DNA of 64,000 bases from Octopus vulgaris (taxonomy: Eukaryota). The DNA lies in contig OX597822.1 in NCBI GenBank assembly GCA_951406725.2, forward strand, positions 15,562,001-15,626,000, given 5' to 3'. The notes beneath the pieces were generated by a model that saw nothing but the letters and a program-made list of their open reading frames with translations, searched no databases and was not told the DNA's origin. This document shows positions 12,475 to 24,305 of this stretch, piece by piece (positions within the stretch are counted from its first letter, which is position 1; each line of letters starts with the position of its first letter). A program made the position numbers and the translations under genes.

Positions 12475-12787
12475 AATAAGAAAATGGAGGAGCACAATAG
12501 TTGGTTCATCATCTTTAAGACATTAGAAATGTTAACTTATTTATTTATTGAAATCATACTTATAACATACATACATATAGCATATTATTCTACGCATATA
12601 AAATAAGAATACAAGTAATTATTAAAAACATGAATACATAATAATTACTTGTATTCTTATTTTATATGCATAGAATAATATGCTATATGTATATATGTTA
12701 TTATAATTATCAGTTTAATAAATAAGTTAACATTTTTAATGCCCTAAAGTTGATGAACCAAATATTGTTCTCCTCCATTTTCTTATT
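12475..12787. repeat. ~310-bp imperfect fold-back, probably a PLE inverted-end remnant
   Basis: The inner 45-bp arms differ at 1 position around a 14-nt loop (12625-12638); the outer arms are diverged; (TA)n flank. Confidence 0.85.
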
Positions 12788-12986
12788 AGAAATATAAATT
12801 AATGGTAAAAATCTCTTTACCTTCACCCATTTAATACACTAGGTAAGTTAATTGCAATGCAATAAAAACCACTTGTGTATTAATAATTGGGTATTATACC
12901 AACAGTATATTGGATAGATATTATCCCTTAGTGGGTTGGACCCTGAACCCCTAACTTTCTTGGTGTTTATATATATATAAATGTGA

Positions 12987-13285
12987 GGCGCAATGGCCCA
13001 GTGGTTAAAACAGCGGACTCGCGGTCGTAGGATCACGGTTTCGATTCCCAGACTGGGCGTTGTGAGTGTTTATTGAGCGAAAACACCTAAAGCTCCACGA
13101 TGCTCCGGCAGGGGGTGATGGCGATCCCTGCTGTACTCTTTCGCTACAACTTTCTCTCACTCTTTCTTCTGCTGGCCTGCTCGGTTAGCCAGCGGGGTGG
13201 CGTCACTTGAAGACTAAAACAATGCGAAGAGCATTGTGACCAGCGATGTGTAGCAACATCTGACGGCCTGGTCGGTCACGGTGAT
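12987..13285 (+). mobile_element. SINE family D head with an alternative 3' tail
   Basis: ggcgcaatggcccagtggtt...ggactcgcggtc...ttcgattcc; the tail after ~13170 differs from the copies at 5661 and 32651. Confidence 0.88.
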
Positions 13286-14504
13286 ATAAATGTATGTAAA
13301 AAAAATAAGAATAAGCAGAATCGGGTGCTTATTCAAAGCTTTACACTATATGAGCTTCAGCAAAATATCAAAATAGTTACAAAAGACTTGTTGAAGCATT
13401 ATGCAATCCATATATTACATTTATTGCGGGACACAGATTTCTGGTATTGTCTTATAAAGCTCTGTATGCTACACCTGTTCTTTGATTATGATTTATGGCC
13501 CATAAGTTATCAGATGGCTACCTGAATTTTATTTAGTTTCAAACCATCCTTGTTTGGGCATTCCAGGTACCAGAATCGTACATCCGTCTTTCAGGCATGA
13601 TGACATAGTTCCAGTAGCAGTAGGTATCCTCCCTTTGAATGCTATTATCATATGATTTCATAGTAATTTCGCCGCTATTTTTGGTCGATCATAGGAAGTT
13701 GGTGATGGCTCCAGTTGCTCCGGTAGGTATACGAAAATTTATACAACTCAAAATGGAACAACCAATGAGAAATTTGCCAATAAATGTGACTTGGTAATGA
13801 TGTTGTTAAGTGGACAATAATCCAAGACGCTTATTATAGAGCTGATATCCTGACTATTTTTAGTTCATTGACGTATCACAATAGAGAAAAGAAACTAAAT
13901 ACCTAATAGCGGGAGAAAAGTTTGATAAAATCTTAAGCTGACAGCATAATAGAAAATTATGTCACTGGTAATTGAGAGGTGAGAATATGTCAATTGATCA
14001 ATATAAAGTGTCTGGTTATTCATTCAGGATTCTCTCAATAGTTTCAAGAAGTTTTCGTAAAGGAAAGTAGCCAATATAATGCAGTATCAGCCGTTGTATC
14101 ATTTAACACATACTAACAGCTAATGTGTAGTGATACTTTATATGTCATTTGTCAGTTATGTTCTAGATATATGATTTGTGAAGCCATATTCGATGAATCT
14201 GGGTGATGAATAAATCTGTTTGTGAGTCCAGATATATGACAACCGTTTTCTGTTTCTATTTGTAGCATATTAACACTTCTGTTAACAATGCTATTGGAAT
14301 GTACGGGAGTTGTGTAGAAAGAAGTATCATTTTCGGAAAGCTTACGAAGGGGATGCTGTGGCAGAAATTCTCGACACGTCAGTAAATATCCAGTCGTGTA
14401 ATACTGATAGAGTTTCTTCTGTTTTGTTAGTCTATATGCTATAATGCACCTTCGTTTCTCTATTTCTATTATTAAAATAATAATAATAATTATTATTATT
14501 ATTA

Positions 14505-14949
14505 TCCATCTCTTGCATACCATCAAAGTAACACAAGGGTAAAATATACGAAGCCTAGTATACCCATCGTGACTACCCGTCTGATAAGGCTACAGCAGGC
14601 ACATGTATCACAACTATATGTGCGCAACATGGTGATCTCATATCAAGATAAACAGCGCATGACCTTGCACGTAGGGCCCAGTTAGAATTTTCTTTTCGTC
14701 GAGTAGCCCATCCCGCTCAAAAGGTCCCTGAATAAGGATTGTTTGCGGATGTTGAACGAACGACCCATATTTCCAAAGGTGAATTATCCAAACCTCTAAG
14801 AAATCCTTTCAACACACAGCTCTGATGCTCCCCCACTACTTTTGCTCATGATCAGAGATGCACATATTGTCAGCCACTAAGGGACATGCTCAACTGGTTA
14901 CGGTCAAACAACTGACAAGCAAATCTGTGGTATGGATCAGAATATTTGC

Positions 14950-14950
<1 letters not shown>
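14505..14950 (-). mobile_element. Non-coding interspersed element embedded in (TAA)n; possibly a Dong/R4-related 3' UTR or non-autonomous element
   Basis: Higher-complexity 445-bp block bounded on both sides by (TTA)n, adjacent to a Dong/R4 LINE. Identity and strand are inferred. Confidence 0.45.
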
Positions 14951-15010
<60 letters not shown>

Positions 15011-15012
<2 letters not shown>

Positions 15013-16010
15013 GCTTGACTTTTGGTTTGTATTTGTAGAATTTGACTCCACGTCTCACCCAGAGACCTCAAGAGATAAGTTAGAAGTTCAAATACAACAG
15101 GTATTGTTTGTCTTGCCAATTTCTATTTCAAGATCTTTATTCTTGCTCAGTTTTTGGTTGGTCTTCACAGATACATTTATGTCGATTGGGAGAATCATAT
15201 CACTGAGGAGGCATAATTTTTCTCTGAAGTCCTTCAATATAATGCCTGGCCTATACGCATCTATCTTTCTGTCAGTTTGAACGGTGAAGTTCCAAGAGTG
15301 AGATGTGATCATTTTCAAGCACCGGAGATGGTTTGTGTTCCCACCAGTTTTTATCATGAGCAGGTCCAGGTTTTTACAAATTACCCAGTGAATATATTGT
15401 GCTGTTTCATCATGCCTGTTGAGATACTCTGTAGGCGCAAGACTGAACATGGCGACAGCATGATCGTTCCTTGTAGGTAGGCATTGATTTTGGACTGCCA
15501 TGATAAAGCCTTCTGTTTCTGGTTTTAAGCCAGAAGACACTAAGCATTGATGTGTGAGGGCTTTGTCAGCATCGGCATTATTAGCTATCTTTGGGTATTT
15601 GCCATTGAGAAGTCAAGAGGGAATCATATAAGGTTGTTGAAAAAACATTGTTGTAAAGTTTTGTTAACAGTTCATGGCTCTCTGGAAAGGAATTCAACCA
15701 GAAGTTAAGAGTTTTATCCTTTCCTGGAGATTTCTACTTGCTTGAATTCCTGATAGCAGATCTTACATCCTCTTCCTTGATACCCTCTCACTGTTGCCCT
15801 TCTGAGCAGTCTAAATCAGTAGATATCCTATCAACCCAAGGGACCTTTTTATTGTGTTTTTTCTTCTGTCCAGATTTTATTCCAAAATTCCTGCACTTTT
15901 TCTTTTCAGGGGGAGATACATAACTGTAACTAGTATTTTCCATTTCTTCCTGTAAAAAGTTTTTTTGTTATTTTTTAACATATTGTTGTCCTTGAAGAAT
16001 CTATCGCGAT
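15011..16010 (-). mobile_element. Dong/R4-type RLE non-LTR retrotransposon, internally deleted (RT missing)
   Basis: SSGLKPETEGFIMAVQNQCLPTRN, LAPTEYLNRHD..AQYIHW, TDRKIDAYRPGIIL..DMILP..KLSKNKDLEIEI; pre-RT segment RFFKDNNMLKNNKKTFYR..EFWNKIW; (TTA)n at both ends. Confidence 0.85.
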
Positions 16011-16036
16011 CTATTATTGTTATTATTATTATTATT

Positions 16037-16071
<35 letters not shown>

Positions 16072-16911
16072 AATTATTATCATCATAGCAAAATTGAAAA
16101 TCCGTCTCTTTCTAAAGGGTTAATAGAATAATTACCCGTTATGTTTATAAAATTCGATTTATCAACTTGTATAAATTATCTTTGTTGTGCTAGTATAAAA
16201 AGAGACGACAGACAACAATTTCGGAATCTTCGATCATCAAACCTTCAGTTATCCTCACGTTTATTTAGCTAGTCTTATGAGATCCTACAGATAGGATTCA
16301 TCAAATAATTTGAATAATTAAGATTACTAATACTTGAATTGTGTTGCAATCTCACTCTAACACTCATCTTAACGTCTTATCGGTTACCACATTATAATCT
16401 TATTGTATCAAAATATCGTCCTCACAGTTCGTTATATCTATGAAATAGTTAACAACGGGCGTTTATTTGATTGACGCTGTAAGTCATCATCAAGAATAAG
16501 ATTGGGTTTTCACCCTTATCTGCAGTTATGCAGATTAATTAGATACGAGATCGACATCTTACAGATGCAAGAAAGCGGCTACCTCCATACCAACGAAGAC
16601 TTGAGGTTCTAAGAAATGAAGGGAAATTTAATCGCCATATCATCTGATTGAAGAGAACCTGACAGGTAATTTTGATTTAGCACGTGTTGGATTGATGTTA
16701 AGAAGGTGGAAAAGAGGGGGACGTATGTTACGGTTATCAGTGATTGCGGCGCTGGAGTAGAATTTAACAGAATCCTTATTAGCTCCACAATATTAAGCGG
16801 CTCAAGAACTCCAGCGATGCAGTGGGTTTACACAACTTGGACCTGCTTATCGATGGTGCAGTAAATGCTCATAATTTCATGGCCATAATGGTTACTTTCA
16901 TCATTCTCTAA

Positions 16912-17056
16912 TTTGGGTTTCAAATTCTGGCATAAGGCCAGCAATTTTGTGGAGGAGGTAAACTGATTACATCGATCCTAGTGATCAGCTCGTACTTATG
17001 TTATCGGATCCCGAAAGAATGAAAGGCAAAGTCGACCTCGGTAGAATTTTAACTCT
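16912..17056 (-). mobile_element. SINE family B 3' part
   Basis: gaaagaatgaaaggcaaagtcgacctcggtagaattt. Confidence 0.75.
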
Positions 17057-17274
17057 GTAATCTTACCAACTAGAAATGGTAGCTGAGATTTTTCCAGAAG
17101 CTGTTCCCATATCTACAAACATTCACACTTAGAAGCAACTGAACATTCTAATTTGCAATATGACCGGACCACTATAGTCAAGAAACATCTCTGTCGAGAG
17201 AAACTAACTCCACGGAACAAGGAACGTAGATCCCTTTAACAGTTTCGATATGGATGTCTCAGCTCACACTTGTG

Positions 17275-17667
17275 TTATTTTTTATCATTTACATGCCTCA
17301 CTAAGTATACGAAGGCCATGCTGGAGCAAGGCCTTGAATTCTTAGTCGAATGACTCGATCCTGTACTTATATTTTAAGCCTGATATTTAGTATATGGGTT
17401 TCTTTTGCCGAACCGCTAAGTTACGGGGACGTAAACAAACCAACACATGTTCTCCAGTGTTGTTGGTGGTAGGAAACTAACACAGACAAAACACATACAC
17501 ATAGATATACATACATGTATATATATATGACAGCCTTCATTCGGTTTCCATCTACGAAATCTATTCTCAAGGCCCGAGGAGGAAAACTCTTGCTCAAGGT
17601 TCCACGTAGTAGGACTGAAAACAGAACTCTGTGGTCGGGAAGAAAACTTCTTACCACACAGCCACGC
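17275..17667 (-). mobile_element. SINE family A, diverged
   Basis: ttgccgaaccgctaagttacggggacgtaaac...cttaccacacagccac. Confidence 0.85.
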
Positions 17668-17899
17668 TGTGTCTGTCAGAATGACTCTGAACCAGCGGCA
17701 ACACAAGAACACTAGTCCCGTACAGAACATCAACAGGAAGTTGATCATCTTGAAACACGAGTTACAGGCCCAGAACACTGTCACGTTGCTGGAAGGAACT
17801 TGACAGTGTTGCTTGTTTCGTAAAAAGACAAACATGACGTGCAAAACTATAACCAAATATGGTCATTCATTACTATTTTGCACACGTAGGGATATTTTA

Positions 17900-20670
17900 A
17901 GGAAGCCTTCTGTATTTTGTGATTTCAAGGAGTTTTGTCTTTTACAGACCGATCACATGGGGGGAAAAGAAGAATACAGGCGGGGTTAGATATGCTCTGA
18001 AACGACATTCTCTGTTCGACCGAAAAGAGATAGGGGAGCTTAAAAGCGAACAAAAACACAGGGCACCCAATAGGAAGTATGATATTAGAAGAAAGGACCT
18101 GAAATGGTAGTGGAAGAACTGAAACAGCGCCTCGTTGCAAAGAAAGCAAAGATGGTGAAATACTCTGAATAACCTATTCTGGTACCACCAAAATAGGTTA
18201 TTCAGAGTAGATCAGAAGAGATTCTATAAAGAAATAAATTGGAGAGTGTACAGATGAAAAGTTGATACCAGATAACAGTGAAAGTCAAAGGTTTTGGAGT
18301 GACATCTGGAGCAAAGACAAGGATCACAAGAAGGATGCTGAATGGCTTCAAGAAATGAAACAAACAGTAGTATGTCCAAAACAGACGGAATTAGTCATTT
18401 CAGTTAGGGAAAAAAAATAAATGGGCAAGAGGAGAGCCCCGGGATTAATGAATTTCAAGGCTACTGATCAAAAGATTTGATGAATGTCATGCACGAATAA
18501 CAGCACAACTCAACACCTTGTTAAATACCTATTTCTTTATTGCCCACAAGGGGCTAAACATAGAGGGGACAAACAAGGACAGAAAGACGGATTAAGTCGA
18601 TTATATCGACCCCAAATGCGTAACTGGTACTTAATTTATCGATCCCGGAAGGATGAAAGGCAAAGTCGACCTCGGCGGAATTTGAACTCAGAACGTAACG
18701 GCAGACGAAATACGGCTACGCATTTCGTCCGGCATGCTAACGTTTCTGCAAGCTCGCCGCCTTGTTAAATACCGCCCAAGTAACACCAGACTGGTTGAGC
18801 ACGGGTAGGGCAGTACTGTGCTTGAAAAACATCGAAAAAACAATACGGTAGACAATGGCAGGACAATATCCTGCCTGCCACTTATGTGAAAATCATTGAC
18901 TGGAATAGTCGCAGAGTCAACGTACGGACATCTGGAAACAGTGGAGTCCTGCTATAATGTAAGGCGTACGATATGAACCCACATTCGTGGATTGTGGAAT
19001 GTATGAACCTGTTTGATATTGCATCGAATGTTAAGCGATTGCTAAGAAAAAGTATGGCGAAGTGCAGGATGTAAATGAGTACATATGGAAGAAGTTTAGG
19101 AACAAGAGACATCAAGAGCGGCATCTTCCAAGGATGATGCCTGTCCCCACTGATCTTTGTACTGTGCATGATACCACTAACACTGATTCTGAGGAAAGTA
19201 AAGGCTGGGTATCTATTCAAGTGCCGCCAATAAAAAGGCAACTACTTGTTATTCATAGATGACCTCAAACTTTATGGTAAATATGAATCCCAAGTCAGTT
19301 CCCTCGTTGATACGGTGTTTACTTTCAGTGATGACATCAGAATGGAGTTTGCACTGAAAAGGTGTGGTATGTTAGTCTCGACGAGAGGCAAAATCAAATG
19401 TATGGACGGGCTAGCGATACCGTCGGGGAAGATCTGAAGTAGACAGAAGAAACCGGCTATAAGTTCTTGGGGATATTGCAGATGGATAAATTGATGGAGA
19501 AAGAAATTGCAGAAAATTTAAGGTGGAGTACTTGCGCAGACAGAGAGTGGTCCTTAAGTCGAAATTAAACAGACGGAATGAGATTGAAGCTATCAACACC
19601 TGGGCAGTTTCACTGATTAGATATGGCGCAGGGGCAATCGCATTGAGAGTAAACGAACTAAACAGCTTAGACAGAAAGACAAAGTTGCTGGCTATATTTG
19701 GGATACTCCACCCAAAAAGTGATGCAGGCAGACACTATGCATCAAGAAAAAGAGAAGAGGACGTATTGGAAGCCAACACAGAATTAGAGTAGAATAAAAA
19801 AAAAACAACATAGCATGGTATGTAAAAAAAAGCCACAGAACCACTGGTCAGGCTCGTGTAGGATGGAAGATTGCAAAGATAAATCACTGTACAAGCACAT
19901 GAGAATGAATGAAAGTGAAAATAGGTGGGTAAAGAAAAAATGCATGGACAATTTCATAGGGATGTTGAAGATAAGATGGACAGAGGAAAAAGATTGCCAT
20001 GGATGACTAAAAGTGATTTAAAATTGGAAACAGAAGCTCTAGTATGTGCTGCCTACGAGCAAGAATTAAGAACGAATTAAATCAAATACAGAATAGACAA
20101 TAAATCAGAAAGTGATAAGTGTAGAATATGTGGAGAAAATGGTGAAACCGTATGGCATATTACCAGACAATGTACACCACTAGCTCAGAAAGAATATAAG
20201 AGACGTCATGACAATATAGCAAGAATTGTTCATTGGACACTTTGCAACAAGCATGGACCTGATAGTGATACGAACATAAACCTGAAGGCAGCATCGTAAA
20301 TGATAAAGCAAAGATCCTATGAGATTTTATGATTCAGTGTGAACATGAGATAGAGAATAGGAAATCAGACATGGACTTAATTGAGAAAGAAAGCAAACTA
20401 TGCTGGATCGTAGATATAGCATGCCCAGCTGAAAACAAGATATAAGATTAGGAAGAAAGAAAGATCGATAGATATAACAGGTTGGCTTGGGCACTTATGC
20501 AGTTGTGGTCGCTGAAAAAGGTGGTTGTAACAACAATTGTTGGAGCCCTGGGAACAGTGGGTTAAAATCTTGAGAAGTACATGGAACAAATAGGGGATGC
20601 AATAAGGTTGGCGCACTTGCAGGAAACAGCACTGCTTGTAACCGCTCGAATACTCCGGATGCTGGTAATG
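17900..20670 (+). mobile_element. Dong/R4-type RLE LINE, degenerate (RT + CCHC + RLE), interrupted by a SINE
   Basis: EELKQRLVAKKAK, QNRLFRVDQKRFYKEI, GIFQG..LSPLIF, LLFIDDLKLYGK, AINTWAVSLIRYGAG, CRICGENGETVWHI..CTPLAQKEYKRRHD, WIVDIACP, LQETALLVTARILR; many frameshifts and stops. May start near 17670. Confidence 0.92.
18530..18761 (-). mobile_element. SINE family B, full length, young, with 14-bp TSD
   Basis: ccttgttaaatacc at 18516-18529 and 18760-18773; minus-strand head ggcggcgagcttgcagaaacgttagc. Confidence 0.93.
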
Positions 20671-20736
20671 AAGAGTTTTACATCTCGAGCGATAAAGCTG
20701 TGCAAAGATAATGAAATAATAGCAGTAATAATAATA

Positions 20737-20929
20737 ATCCTTTCTTTTATAGGCACAAGCCTTGACGTTTGAGAGGGTGTTAGTCGATTATATCAACCCC
20801 AGTACTCAACTGGTACTTAATTTATCGACCCTGAAAGGATGAAATGTAAAAGTCGACCATCGCGGAATTTGAACTCAGAACGTATCGAGGGGCGAAATAC
20901 CGCTTAGCAATTCTCCCAGCTCAGCACCA
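20737..20929 (-). mobile_element. SINE family B
   Basis: ggtacttaatttatcgaccctgaaaggatgaaa...ggaatttgaactcagaacgta. Confidence 0.85.
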
Positions 20930-21293
20930 CAATAAAAATAAAAAGAAGAAGATGTAAAGTTGTAAGTCAGGTATTGTATTTCTATGCAGGAATATAATGA
21001 TTTTGTGCACAAGTATGACAACTTTTGTATTTATTTTTCATGGAAATGCTAATATCTTCTATTTCTATAGAAACGCAAATCTAAACGTTTTCTTTTTCTT
21101 TATTATTTTTCAACATTTAAAGTTTGATATTGTTTCACAAGATATCAATAAATAATTTTCTGATACATTAAAAGCTACTTTTCACTATCATGTATACTTG
21201 CGTGTGTTTGTGTGTGAGTGTGTGTGCGCGTCAGTGTAAATGTATCCGTGTGCATGCACATATTTTTTTGTGTACATACATATATATAACAAC

Positions 21294-21294
<1 letters not shown>

Positions 21295-21383
<89 letters not shown>

Positions 21384-21711
21384 ATGCACATAAATATATA
21401 CATGTGTATATATACATATATATGTAAATTGAGAGATACGTATATACACACACTTGTACATACATTTATGTATCGAAGATGTCTGCTGCTGACAATTTTT
21501 TGGTACTTGCATCAGCACAAAATATTTAGAACACTAAACACAGATATGAGATTGTGTGACGTTCAACTGTTTTTTCAAACGTTCCTCCACCTATATATAT
21601 ATATATATATATATATACATACATAACATATTTATATAATATATATATATATGTGTGTGTGTGTGTGCATATATACACACATACATATGTTTTTGCACAC
21701 ACACACATATG

Positions 21712-21764
<53 letters not shown>

Positions 21765-22332
21765 AAAATGAATACTAACAAAAACATATATTTGAAGCCG
21801 ACTCGTAATCGCAATTAATTTAGGTGTTTACTAATAGGTTTTAATTACTTAAAACAGATACCCAGATACAAGCACTTAAACAGTCTTTGAAACAAATTCA
21901 TACTTCAATACTAATTACTTATATCGATTTCTATAGTTTTCAAGAATTTCATTTAATTTCAAATCCGTATCTTTATTATTCAAGTTCTAATTCATGAAAC
22001 ATCAATTGTTTGGCGCATTTCCTCTTGCAGTCATTATGGATGGATAGATAGAGATAGATGGATGGATGGATGGATAGGGAGATAGGTAGGTAGGTAGTTA
22101 GGTAGGTAGATATATAGATAGGTAGGTAGATAGATATATAGATAGGTATGTAGATAGATACATAGATAGGTAGGTAAATAGATATACAGATAGGTAGGTG
22201 GATAGATATACAGATAGGCAGGTAAATAGATACATAGATAGGTAGGTAGATAGATATATTGATAGGTAGGTAGATAGGTATATAAATAGGTAGGTAGATA
22301 GAAAAATACATACATGCATCCAGGCGTGCGAG

Positions 22333-22364
<32 letters not shown>

Positions 22365-22397
22365 CGTTTGCGTGTGTGCGTGTGCGTGTGTGTGTGT

Positions 22398-22447
<50 letters not shown>
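21295..22447. repeat. Microsatellite cluster: (CTAT)n, (TA)n, degenerate (TAGG/TAGA)n, (TG)n
   Basis: Direct reading. Confidence 0.9.
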
Positions 22448-22451
<4 letters not shown>

Positions 22452-23699
22452 TCGACATATATTGCAATTCGAAATATCTAATAAGTATATTTGATTATCT
22501 TTTATATAATAGCTCTCCTATTTTCAATTTTCGTAAATCTGAAACGAATTATTGTTTTTTTATCTATTTCTTTTTTTGCATTTCATAGAAATTAGTCCTC
22601 TATCTCTCTCTTCGTCTTTCTCCTTCTCTTTATTTTTATGTGTGTGTCTGTGTGTGTATTACCAGAATGGCGACAAAGTGCAGACGACTGGTTGGATGGA
22701 TCCTGAGAACATTCAGAACCATGATGCTCCTCTGGAGTATATTCGTCCTCAGCCGCCTGAATTACTGCTCTTAGCTATGGTTACCCAACGGTGTAAAATA
22801 AAAAGCGGACCTTGAAGCAATCCAGCGAAGCTTCACTAAGATGAACGTCTGTGAACCAGTCTCTCATTCCGGATGGCTAACAACTGCCATTGGAATCCTT
22901 CGATTATATCTTACAAACATTTCTCCTTCTGGTGGGCTTTTATCTTTGGCATCATTGGTGATGCTAGTGTAAACTCGAGTTTGGTTTCAAATCAAAGGCA
23001 CACCATCATGCAACTTTGGATCTCTGCAATTATTTCAAATGATTAAGCTTTCAAGAATTCTTCCAAATCAATATCAAAGAATTATTCATAATGTCATCCA
23101 AAGAAAGGGGATTTTCGCCCACCCAGAGAACTTTCTTTTCAGCAGGTTGTGTGAGGATCGGGGTCACATCTGTGAACTCGCAATAAGAAGGATCCATTCG
23201 TTTCGACATTCAATACAACATGAACGCTCCATTAAAAAATTTCAAGTCCCGCAAATAAACATTTCGGCCAGAGAGTACACGGAGCTCATGTTATGGCAAA
23301 AATGCCACACATCTGCTCCGCGTTTACTAAGACACGTCGAAAATGAAAATACAATGTCTTCTTGAAGATCAAAGTATTCCTAAAATAGATTTTGAAAAGT
23401 TTCCTTGCCACTCTCAAAGTGTTGAGAGAGCAGTAGTTTATAGTTTGTGGAGAGGCCAATAGGGACGGCTCTATTTGTGCCATTAAAAGGATATGATACT
23501 AAAAGGCAGCTTAACATGTAATGTACTGTAATGAGATCATGAAGGTGGGTGGGAGGGTGGAACTTGCTCTGCATCTAACTCTTTGTGGTGAGTTCTGGGA
23601 AGCTATTTTTTGGAATATAGACTTGCGAAAAGTTGTAGTGATATACATAGGAATAATATATAAATATATGCTTATATACATACATATATGTACATTCCT

Positions 23700-24305
23700 A
23701 CATATATATGTATATATACATGCAGGACATAAAATAATGTGAACAAAAAGAGAAACGAGAACATATAAAACATAGAAAACGAAAATGTTTTTCGAACAAC
23801 GAAAGAAACAAATAGAGAAACGAGACATGCAACATAAAGAACATTTCCTTCATCAGTTGTCCCCTGTTTTATCTACTCCGCGTTTCTAAGGTAGGGACAA
23901 GAGCGACGTCTTTAAAATTGTGCTTCCCACAAAGCAAATTAAATAAAATTTGGAATTTTTTGCGGGGGGATAAAGTGGTAACAAAAACCGGAGAGTAAGA
24001 ACAAAGCAGTAAAAACAAAAGGTGAGGGCTGTTAAACCAAAACGATGTGAAGTGGTGAACGCTGGAGAAATGAGCTTTGACAGGAGACAGGCAAAAGTGT
24101 GTCTAGTCTTTAGGAAGGAAGTGGAAGGAAGAAAGATAGATAGCCGTTGGTCACGTGTGACAAACGAGAGAATCAAGGAGGAAGAGTGTGTGTGTGAGAG
24201 AGAAAGATAAGGAGGGAACGGGGAAGAGGAGAGTAGAAGAATAGGGAAAGGGTGGGAGAGAAAAACAGAGAGTAAGAAGGACAAGAGAGGGGGACAAATA
24301 GAAAA
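23700..24305 (-). mobile_element. Terminal-repeat-like element, probably PLE-derived, related to 53835-54392
   Basis: Shares atctactc..cgtttc..aagg, aaagcaaat..aaaatt and tggtaacaaaaac with the 54-kb copy; TA-rich left flank; carries a permuted hammerhead. Confidence 0.6.
23847..23906 (-). ncRNA. Candidate non-circularly permuted hammerhead ribozyme (mutated copy)
   Basis: tcgc-TC-ttgtccct-acctta-GAAA-cgcg-gagtagataaaaca-ggggacaa-CTGATGA-agg; helix I 8 bp. Confidence 0.55.

Noticed and set aside
22040-22305. Regular ~24-bp periodic TAGG/TAGA array, superficially like a repeat-spacer array
   Set aside because: Low-complexity degenerate microsatellite with no unique spacers; eukaryotic context and no cas genes.
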